Origin: an uncultured Alphaproteobacteria bacterium
GTDB lineage: Bacteria; Pseudomonadota; Alphaproteobacteria; CAAHEQ01; UBA3637
Assembly (NCBI GenBank): GCA_944392145.1
Contig: CALXVS010000005.1
Span: forward strand, 1,045 to 65,044
DNA: 64,000 bases
Direction of reading: 5' to 3'
Part shown: positions 1 to 7,563 of the stretch, piece by piece
How the letters are laid out: the number at the start of each line of letters is the position of its first letter
How positions within the stretch are numbered: position 1 is the first letter of the stretch
Program-made: the position numbers and the translations under genes
The notes under the pieces: model-generated
Database searches by the model: none
The model's input: the letters and a program-made list of their open reading frames with translations, nothing else
What the model was told of the DNA's origin: nothing

Positions 1-1
1 T

Positions 2-448
2 TTTAACATTCTGATCAGTTTCTTTACGGCAGTTTTAACTTTGGCCTGTTTTCAATACATCCAGCGGGAATCCGCACCACCTGTGATGAAAACAACGGCC
101 TATAGTGTCGTTTTTTTATGTTTAGGCTTTTTTTCGTTTGCCTGCCAATACAGCTTTGACGGTTTTTGTTATTTGCTGTGTTGGTATTTTTATTTTCAAT
201 ATAAAAATAAAATCGGGGCACTTTTACTGTTAATATTTTCAATAACGATGAACACATCCATAAATACGGGAGAGGGCATATTTTGGCTTCAAGGCTGTGT
301 TTCTTTGACAACAACACTCTTCCTTTTAATGTTACCGCAACCTGATAAACCGCGCCCGCGCTTTATAAAACGATGGTGGTTATTTTATGCCTATTACCCG
401 GCCCATTTAATCTTGCTATCTCTGATTGCCTGTTTAACGGTAAAATAA
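2..448 (+). CDS. TraX-family (pilin acetylase-like) membrane protein, 5' truncated by window edge
   Basis: Frame is open from base 2 (FNILISFF...). The protein is hydrophobic and ends in WLFYAYYPAHLILL, typical of TraX-family C-termini. Confidence 0.6.
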   Translation, partial: FNILISFFTAVLTLACFQYIQRESAPPVMKTTAYSVVFLCLGFFSFACQYSFDGFCYLLCWYFYFQYKNKIGALLLLIFSITMNTSINTGEGIFWLQGCVSLTTTLFLLMLPQPDKPRPRFIKRWWLFYAYYPAHLILLSLIACLTVK

Positions 449-460
449 CCATCTTTTGAC

Positions 461-495
461 GGCCGACACGGGGTTAAAACAACCCCGTGTTGGCC
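461..495. terminator. Strong hairpin after the TraX-like gene
   Basis: GGCCGACACGGGGTT-aaaac-AACCCCGTGTTGGCC inverted repeat. Confidence 0.55.
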
Positions 496-650
496 CTTAA
501 ATTTTAAATGAGATACACATGCGTCCCCTCCTCCTTTCGCTGGACGCAAATGAATCCCAATCGTTGCAACTTGACATTCAAAACCAATCTGATATAATTA
601 TAATCAAAAATACCCGAAAGAGTTCGCTTTTTCTGTCACAAAGAATGCCC

Positions 651-1484
651 TTATTTTTCCTTTTTACGCCATAACCAAGTATTCCCCAGCTCCTCTTTAA
701 CCATCTCCTCACTTCCAATCAGACGTGATCCGGCAAAAAAGGCATAATAAGGAAGTAATTCTACAACCACGTGAACAACCTCGGCCGATACAGCCGTAAC
801 ATAATCACGCCCGCACATCATGATCCTTTCTGCGGAAAAAGAATCCCCTTCGGCTTTTTGTGTCTCCACAACACATGTTTCAATTTTATCATGCCATTTT
901 TTCAAATTAAACCGCGATTTAGCGATTTGAACGGCACTGTTCATAAGCGTTACCGGCAAATCGGGCCTTATGTGCGAAAAATCTATCGGCGGATTCAACA
1001 ACCAATATGAAATAAGTGCCGACTCAAGAGTCAATTGCTTTTTCATCAAAGACTTCATACTGTCATCAATTTTCTGATAAAGATACACAGAGCTGGCATC
1101 AAGGCGCTTTAAGTCATAGTTCCCCGTCAGAACATGAATGTCATTTTCTTGAAATGCGGCAATCGTTTTCTTTTTGACAAGCGGTAAATTCATGTGAACA
1201 AAAACAAGGGCCGCCCTTAACTCTACATCCATCACGCGATCGGGATCCGTTTGACGAATTGCCTCTATGGCACCGGCTTGATCCGGCGATTGCCCGGCCT
1301 GATCCAAAAAATTTAAAATCAGTGAATTGTAATTATCATACATCAAAATGCTGTAACTGATTTCATCCGAAATATTATATGTTTTTTTATCCCGAAAATT
1401 TTCCGCATAACTGACTGTTCCATAAAAAACACTCAATAAAAAAGAAAATAAAAATAAAAATAAAAGGTTATACATCTTTAGCAC
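651..1484 (-). CDS. Hypothetical exported protein
   Basis: 277-aa ORF with a hydrophobic N-terminal signal-like segment ending SYA; no recognised domain. Confidence 0.6.
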   Translation of the reverse strand: MLKMYNLLFLFLFSFLLSVFYGTVSYAENFRDKKTYNISDEISYSILMYDNYNSLILNFLDQAGQSPDQAGAIEAIRQTDPDRVMDVELRAALVFVHMNLPLVKKKTIAAFQENDIHVLTGNYDLKRLDASSVYLYQKIDDSMKSLMKKQLTLESALISYWLLNPPIDFSHIRPDLPVTLMNSAVQIAKSRFNLKKWHDKIETCVVETQKAEGDSFSAERIMMCGRDYVTAVSAEVVHVVVELLPYYAFFAGSRLIGSEEMVKEELGNTWLWRKKEK

Positions 1485-1607
1485 CTCTTTCTTTAAAGCC
1501 GGACTTGCCCTGTCCTGATTTTATTCACTTTTTTATTGTATAAAAAACACAAAAAAAGACAAGCGATTTTACCGGCTTAAATACGACAAAGAGGATTTTA
1601 TAAATTG

Positions 1608-1960
1608 ATCAGTCCTTTTGAGTGTGTAGAACGGTTTTTGATAATTCGGTTAAAAACCCGGCCGCCGTTGCCATAAATGCCTGCCGTTTTTGTTGAACAA
1701 CCAACTCCCGGGCTATCTTTAAAACATGTTGAACATAGCAGTTCTTCTCATACTCCCCTATCTCGGAACACTCCTGAATCCGATTGATCTCTTCTTGAAC
1801 CGCATGGATGATTTGCGCACGACAAATTGGAGCACTTTCCCGCCCCTGTCCCGGCATACATTCGTTGACTAAATTGATTAAGCTCATGTGACCTCCTGTC
1901 CTATATACAATACTTATAGGTGTAAATCAAAAATCATGCAAGCAAAATTTGAATTCTTTT
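1608..1960 (-). repeat. ~350-bp inverted repeat, partner of 34267-34619
   Basis: The gene plus ~70 bp of upstream sequence is near-identical to the reverse complement of 34267-34619. Confidence 0.9.
1609..1887 (-). CDS. Hypothetical 92-aa protein, copy 1 of an inverted duplicate (copy 2 at 34340-34618)
   Basis: AGGAGG RBS. The two proteins differ only by E/D and K/R substitutions, and the DNA also has synonymous changes. Confidence 0.75.
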   Translation of the reverse strand: MSLINLVNECMPGQGRESAPICRAQIIHAVQEEINRIQECSEIGEYEKNCYVQHVLKIARELVVQQKRQAFMATAAGFLTELSKTVLHTQKD

Positions 1961-2121
1961 TCGGATTAAGGGGAAAAAGATGATTTTTTTGTTTGCGTGC
2001 ATTTCATTTGAATAACTGACACATTTCATTCGTTGCTTCATATCTCCTCATCCAGGCAATAAAAAAACCTTTAAGGAGTGTTCCTTTTACGCGGTATTTT
2101 GAATGAACGAATGTTTTTTTA

Positions 2122-2150
2122 TTGACAAATGGTGCCTTTATTGCTATAAC
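2122..2150 (+). promoter_or_regulatory. Sigma70-type promoter of rho
   Basis: TTGACA-N17-TATAAC with extended -10 TG, 70 bp before the rho ATG. Confidence 0.6.
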
Positions 2151-2219
2151 ACATCATACCCGTTCGGGTTTTACATAAATTCCCCTTGATTTTTAAGCAT
2201 AAATTTATAAAAGGTTTTC

Positions 2220-3485
2220 ATGCAATTAAAAGATTTGAAAAAGAAGACGCCGGCCGAACTGCTTGTCTATGCGGAAGAGCTGAACGTTGAAAATGCGGCT
2301 TCATTACGGACACAGGACTTAATGTATGCGGTTTTAAAAAAATTGGCCGAAGCGGAAACAACGCTTTACGGTGAAGGCGTTTTAGAAGTCATGCAAGACG
2401 GATTTGGATTTTTACGCTCCCCGGAAGCAAATTATTTGGCCGGTCCCGATGATATTTATTTAGCCCCGGTTCACATTAAGCGGTGGGGGTTAAGAACCGG
2501 TGATACCGTTGAAGGGGAAATCAGTGCACCGAAAAACGGGGAAAAATATTTTTCCATGACGCGTATCAATCATGTGAACTTTGTGGATCCCGAAGAACTT
2601 CGGTATCGGATTAACTTTGATGATTTAACGCCGTTATATCCGCAAGAACCCATTAAAATGGAACATGATCCCTCAGAATGTGAAGATGCAAAAGATCTGA
2701 CCGCACGGATTATTGATTTAATTTGTCCGCAAGGAAAAGGGCAGCGTAGCTTAATTGTGGCACCTCCCCGAACGGGTAAAACAGTTATGTTAAAAAACAT
2801 TGCCCATTCCATTACAGCCAATTATCCGGATGCGCATTTAATCATGTTATTGATTGACGAACGTCCCGAAGAAGTGACCGATATGATTCGGTCGGTTAAA
2901 GGGGAAGTGATCAGCTCTACCTTTGATGAACCGGCCGCGCGGCATGTGCAGGTAGCCGAAATGGTAATTGAAAAAGCCAAACGGTTGGTTGAACATAAAA
3001 AAGATGTTATTATCCTGCTGGATTCTATTACGCGGTTGGCACGGGCGTATAATACGGTTATCCCCAGTTCGGGCAAAGTGTTGACCGGTGGTGTAGATGC
3101 CAATGCATTGCAAAAACCCAAACGGTTTTTTGGTGCCGCCCGTAATATTGAAGAAGGTGGGTCCCTGACGATTTTCGGAACGGCTTTAATTGATACGGGT
3201 TCACGGATGGATGAAGTGATTTTTGAAGAATTTAAAGGAACAGGAAACTCGGAAATCATTTTGGATCGTAAGGTATCGGATAAACGCATTTTCCCGTCTA
3301 TTGATGTTACCAAATCCGGAACGCGTAAGGAAGAATTGCTGGTTGATAAAACAAAATTGCCCAAAATGTGGGTGTTGCGGCGCATTCTGATCCCAATGGG
3401 AGTGACGGATTCTATGGAATTTTTGATGGAAAAATTGCGCCAAACAAAAACTAATGATGAGTTTTTTGAAAGTATGAATCAATAA
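2220..3485 (+). CDS. rho: Transcription termination factor Rho
   Basis: DGFGFLR RNA-binding motif, Walker [30 protein letters not shown]. Confidence 0.99.
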   Translation: MQLKDLKKKTPAELLVYAEELNVENAASLRTQDLMYAVLKKLAEAETTLYGEGVLEVMQDGFGFLRSPEANYLAGPDDIYLAPVHIKRWGLRTGDTVEGEISAPKNGEKYFSMTRINHVNFVDPEELRYRINFDDLTPLYPQEPIKMEHDPSECEDAKDLTARIIDLICPQGKGQRSLIVAPPRTGKTVMLKNIAHSITANYPDAHLIMLLIDERPEEVTDMIRSVKGEVISSTFDEPAARHVQVAEMVIEKAKRLVEHKKDVIILLDSITRLARAYNTVIPSSGKVLTGGVDANALQKPKRFFGAARNIEEGGSLTIFGTALIDTGSRMDEVIFEEFKGTGNSEIILDRKVSDKRIFPSIDVTKSGTRKEELLVDKTKLPKMWVLRRILIPMGVTDSMEFLMEKLRQTKTNDEFFESMNQ

Positions 3486-3490
3486 AGTGA

Positions 3491-3530
3491 ATAAAACAGG
3501 ATACTTTTTAAAAGGTATCCTGTTTTTATT
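3491..3530. terminator. Bidirectional intrinsic terminator between rho and the EamA-like gene
   Basis: AAAACAGGATAC..GTATCCTGTTTT stem with A/T runs on both sides. Confidence 0.75.
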
Positions 3531-4411
3531 ATGACAACACAATCAATCCGCATAAACAGGCAACCAGGATGACAATAAGGCCCGGATTGATGTGCCCCTT
3601 ATAAGGTTGATTTTTCATATGTGCGATTATGAATTTGTTTGTTATGATCCATAAAGGGAATAATGCAATAATCGCCGATACGTAAGCGGGATTGGGTGTA
3701 AAAAACATGGCCAGGTTTTTTAATCCCATGTTCAGTAAAACCAAGATGATTAAAAAAATACCTTTGAATATATAGGTTCGATTAAAAAGACTTTCTGTGC
3801 GGGGGATTTTTAAATAAACAAATAAATTTAATAAACCGCATATAAAGCTGGTAATAAAACAATAATATAAAACAGCGGATATGATATGTTGCCCGCCGTT
3901 TGACATGGCCTCTTTGTTTAAGATATCTGTTATTGAAAATCCGATAAGCGGCAGGGATAGTGCAAGCAAAGCGGCCCGCGATGTTTTTGCTTTTTTTAGT
4001 TTTAATATTGAAAAAATAATCCCGCTTAAACACCCGATAATTAAGATTGTTGAAACCGGATTTTGGGTATATTTAATCAATTGATCCGGAAAAATAAAAA
4101 TCCATAATAAAAATGTCAACGCAACCGACAGCGGTTTTATGGCGGCGGTGGTATCATCCCCCCCATGTTTTTGAAGCATTAAAAATCCGGTTGTCGGTAT
4201 AGGCGACCAAACAGCCTTGCAAAATACAAAAAAGATAGAACATCGGATTTGTAACAGGCAGAACGAATAATAATAAAGGTGCCAAACACAGAGCCGACCC
4301 CAGCCCCCGATATACCATTAAAAGGTTCGCCGGCAGCCGGAAGATATGGTTAAATGAAATAAATGCCGCCGTGGTTAGGGAACATAAAAATGCAAATACA
4401 ACCCAAATCAT
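3529..4411 (-). pseudogene. DMT/EamA-like membrane transporter split by a frameshift in a G7 tract (4158-4164)
   Basis: ORFs 4154-4411 and 3529-4179 join into one multi-TM protein of ~290 aa if G7 becomes G6 (..SKTWGDDTTAAIKP..). Confidence 0.65.
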
Positions 4412-4518
4412 AAAGCTTTAATCCTTTATCACGTGATGAACACCGTATCAAATGATATTTTGTTTGTCAAGGAAACACAGGCTTTTTGAAAAAAAAGAAC
4501 TCTCCTTTTAAAAAAAGC

Positions 4519-4546
4519 TTGCTTTTTTCTTTGATTTATGCATAAT
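4519..4546 (+). promoter_or_regulatory. Probable promoter of the tRNA pair
   Basis: TTGCTT-N16-CATAAT just upstream of tRNA-Arg. Confidence 0.45.
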
Positions 4547-4564
4547 AGATAAAAAGTGTCTGAT

Positions 4565-4641
4565 GCGCTTGTAGCTCAGCTGGATAGAGTATTGCCCTCC
4601 GAAGGCAAGGGTCGTGAGTTCGAATCTCGCCAAGCGCGCCA
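4565..4641 (+). tRNA. tRNA-Arg(CCG)
   Basis: Cloverleaf with GCGCTTG/CAAGCGC acceptor stem, anticodon loop CT-CCG-AA, GTTCGAATC T-loop and encoded CCA. Confidence 0.97.
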
Positions 4642-4681
4642 GTAAATTGTCTTTTTGGGATCTTGTCCTGAAAACGATTAT

Positions 4682-4756
4682 TGGGCTGTCGCCAAGTGGT
4701 AAGGCAACGGTTTTTGATACCGTCATTCGTTGGTTCGAATCCAGCCAGCCCAGCCA
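4682..4756 (+). tRNA. tRNA-Gln(TTG); integration hotspot
   Basis: Cloverleaf with TGGGCTG/CAGCCCA acceptor stem, anticodon arm ACGGT-TTTTGAT-ACCGT, GGTTCGAATCC and encoded CCA. Confidence 0.97.
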
Positions 4757-4932
4757 ATAAAAAGAACACACCTCAGGGTGTGTTTTTTTTATTGACCGGA
4801 TGTGGGGATGAGAGACAACGAATGAAATGAGTTGGTTCGTTCACGAAGCGTAAGCGGAGTAGACGCCGTTAGGCGGTCCCGAAGTTATGAGGGATAAATT
4901 GCTTGCAATTTACAATCCAGCCAGCCCAGCCA
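4757..4932 (+). repeat. RtT-like tRNA-linked repeat, copy 1 (176 bp)
   Basis: Terminator hairpin, antisense tRNA T-arm segment, GTTGGTTCG, a 74-bp hairpin-rich insert, then AATCCAGCCAGCCCAGCCA (identical to tRNA-Gln 4738-4756). Confidence 0.9.
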
Positions 4933-5326
4933 AAACAGACAAGTCGCTATTTTTAGCGGCTTTTTCTTTATTTTACAAGCACTTATATTGGTCCGTGTAC
5001 AGCGTTTTTCAAAAAGCTCTTTTTTCAGCCTTACACGGACTCAAAATTCAAAAAAGCCTTTGTTTTCAATGCTTCTGTCTTGGGATGTCAATTTTTCATC
5101 CCAGAGAGAGGAAGATGTATTCAGACTGAGCTTAGATGAGAAAAAGGTGGTCCTATAACACGCTTATTGCTACTGCCATCTCGGGGTACCTACCTGCCAC
5201 CTAGAGGACCTCGGGAACCCTACCGGCACATCCCAGCTATAAAATAAGTGCAACATCGTTAAAGGCGTGTTTTTTTGCAAGAGCCTTTACATGCGAGAGC
5301 CAATGAGAGGCAATGCTTATTCAGTA
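4933..5326 (+). repeat. Conserved non-coding island leader, copy 1 (partner 28585-28979)
   Basis: Colinear similarity over ~395 bp including a terminator hairpin, the 50-bp inverted-repeat site, TGGGAT..ATCCCA and CAAGAGCCTTT..CAATGAGAGGC.ATGCTT.TTCAGTA. Confidence 0.85.
4991..5040. other. 50-bp att-like site with 9-bp inverted arms
   Basis: GTCCGTGTA-N32-TACACGGAC; the same 50-bp spacing recurs at 28643-28692. Confidence 0.55.
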
Positions 5327-5340
5327 TGATTGCTCATTTC

Positions 5341-5368
5341 AACCTTTGCCTATACGTATACAAAGGTT
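5341..5368. promoter_or_regulatory. 28-bp imperfect palindrome (protein-binding or recombination subsite), copy 1
   Basis: AACCTTTGCCTATACGTATACAAAGGTT; related copies at 9650, 9697 and 12161. Confidence 0.6.
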
Positions 5369-5507
5369 GAAACAAATGCCAACATCTTAAATATCCATAC
5401 AAAATCTTAACTTTTTGGTTTCAAAATGGTTTTACTTTTATAAAAATTATACTATATTTGCTTTATTCATTGCAGAAAATATATAAAAATACTGGGGGAA
5501 GTAAGCA

Positions 5508-6155
5508 ATGATCAGTAGATATGACAAGAATATGGTATATATTGGACCTGTTGATAAAAAAGAAGCTCATATAAAAGGCTATTGGCATAAAGTCGCTACT
5601 GGGATTGTGTATAATCCTATGGAAAAAACGATTTTCTTTCAAACAATCTATCCAAAAGAAAGCTACGGTTTTGACAGACCAGATTATATAGATTTTGCTG
5701 TCGGGGGTCACATTGAAGATAAAGAAACGCCATTAGATGGTTTATATCGGGAAGCAAAAGAAGAATTGGGGTTAGATAAAGAAATTATGGATAACGCCTA
5801 TTTTATTGGCGTGCGTCGAATAAATAAGGACTTAACTGCAAACTATAAATTAAGAGAATTTCAACACATCTATGGCATTCCAGTCAACTTTGACTTACAG
5901 GATTTTAATATGTTGGCTTCAGATAAAGAAGTAAAATCCATTGTAAAAGTGAATGTGGATGACTTAATCTGTCTATTAGACAACAATACGCCTGAAATCA
6001 AAGCAGAGCATCGTATTTTAGATAAAGAGACAAGAGAGACTATTGAATATAAAACCCTGCCATTAACAAAAAATGATATTATAGATGATTATTTTGTAGG
6101 GGATTTTCTTTTAAATTTATTATATACAATTAAAGCCAATTCTTTTTTTAGTTAG
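5508..6155 (+). CDS. NUDIX hydrolase (IDI-like subfamily)
   Basis: Nudix box GGHIEDKETPLDGLYREAKEELGL; N-terminal KKEAHIKGYWH. Confidence 0.85.
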   Translation: MISRYDKNMVYIGPVDKKEAHIKGYWHKVATGIVYNPMEKTIFFQTIYPKESYGFDRPDYIDFAVGGHIEDKETPLDGLYREAKEELGLDKEIMDNAYFIGVRRINKDLTANYKLREFQHIYGIPVNFDLQDFNMLASDKEVKSIVKVNVDDLICLLDNNTPEIKAEHRILDKETRETIEYKTLPLTKNDIIDDYFVGDFLLNLLYTIKANSFFS

Positions 6156-6218
6156 TCTTAATTTTCGGTTTTACTTTTATAAAGTAATAGGTTATTATGA
6201 AAGAAAGGAAGTCGTAAA

Positions 6219-7355
6219 ATGAAGAAAAAAAATTATAAATATAAAAGTTCTATCAAAACAGACTTTATTTATTGGTTAGTGCAACAAAAAAAAGATGATA
6301 ACCTAAAGAAATATCGACGAGGAACTGCTATCGCTTATGCAGAGAGACTTTCACGTTTTTGTAATAAATTTTTTCCAGCTAAAAAAGAAAAACCATTATT
6401 TCAAAAAGAAAAATCTTTGCTACAATTTGTAGATAATATTGGACCTTCTATGATGTGTTGCTGTTTGTGTACATCTTTAAAAGAACCAAATGAAATGTTG
6501 AAAACTGAAGAAATGCGAGTATTAGCAAATGCTTTTTTTTGTTACAGGGTTTCCAAAGATCAAAGGACTGCACATCATCAAATGTTTAAAGATGATTTAT
6601 TTGAAAAGATGGTAATTTATCTATGTCGAAAAAAATCAGGTAATGAATACCAAAAAGTCATAGAGCTGTTTTATGATTTTTTGAAAGATACAAAATTTGA
6701 TGGTTTTTCAACCTTGTATGAAGAGATCGAAAAAAGGTTAGAAGAACTGCGTAAAGACGATAGCGTTTTTTGGAAATATGGTTATATTGAAGCGACAAAA
6801 AGAACGCCAGCAATGATTATTGCTAGGGCTGGACAAGTTGGAATTCCTGTTACCGCTCTGACAAAAATATTTAAGTGCGACTACCGAACAATTAAGAAAA
6901 TGTTAAAAGACAATAAAATTGCTAGTTGTCATCATCGAAGGGGATCAGTTAGCATAGCTGATTTGAATGCTTATTTTTTAAAAAAACATACTGGATTGCA
7001 TCAAAAAGATGAAAATGGAGTGATTTTTACATCAAAACAGGAAGATTTTATTGAAAATGCATATGCGGCATTATTAAATTGTACAGAAAAGTTAAAAAGA
7101 ATTAATCCGACTTTATCTGATGACAAAAAACAAGAACGCAAAAAAGAAATATTAAAATATATAAATGAGTTATTGTCCAATTATCAAAATTATGGGCGTA
7201 ATAAAATATCGCATTGGACTACTTGCAAAGAAATTTCAAAAGTCACGGGCAAAACGAATCGCACTATTCAGCGCGCAGCAAGAGCAAAAAAAATTCCAAC
7301 AACACGGTATTTTAAGAAAAAAGTAGGATACTTTAACGAAAAAATTGAGCTCTAA
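6219..7355 (+). CDS. Hypothetical DNA-binding protein with two putative excisionase/MerR-like HTH segments
   Basis: IPVTALTKIFKCDYRTIKKMLKDNKI and WTTCKEISKVTGKTNRTIQRAARAKKIP; basic protein. Confidence 0.45.
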   Translation: MKKKNYKYKSSIKTDFIYWLVQQKKDDNLKKYRRGTAIAYAERLSRFCNKFFPAKKEKPLFQKEKSLLQFVDNIGPSMMCCCLCTSLKEPNEMLKTEEMRVLANAFFCYRVSKDQRTAHHQMFKDDLFEKMVIYLCRKKSGNEYQKVIELFYDFLKDTKFDGFSTLYEEIEKRLEELRKDDSVFWKYGYIEATKRTPAMIIARAGQVGIPVTALTKIFKCDYRTIKKMLKDNKIASCHHRRGSVSIADLNAYFLKKHTGLHQKDENGVIFTSKQEDFIENAYAALLNCTEKLKRINPTLSDDKKQERKKEILKYINELLSNYQNYGRNKISHWTTCKEISKVTGKTNRTIQRAARAKKIPTTRYFKKKVGYFNEKIEL

Positions 7356-7563
7356 AGCCAGAAGAATAAAACATATATACTTTATCAATACCCATTAGTA
7401 ACACTTATTTATCAATATGTTATTGTGACTATTGTATGTCGCAAAATGTCGTCAATAAATTTGACTAATTTTAATCCCGTGCTATATTCACTCCACTTTC
7501 TCAAGTTGGGAAAGTTGTGTTTCGAAAGGAACGCATGTTTTAATTTAAATAAAGGATTTTATT

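Noticed and set aside
4508-4771. Minus-strand ORFs 4508-4771 and 4536-4769
   Set aside because: Antisense shadows of the two tRNA genes.
4887-5129. 80-aa ORF across the repeat end and leader; likewise 28302-28496
   Set aside because: No equivalent ORF is listed for the homologous copy, there is no RBS, and it runs through the tRNA-end copy and a terminator hairpin.
5341-5368. 28-bp palindromes as dif/Xer sites (11-6-11)
   Set aside because: The length fits, but neither arm resembles the XerC/XerD consensus (no TTATGTTAAAT-like arm).
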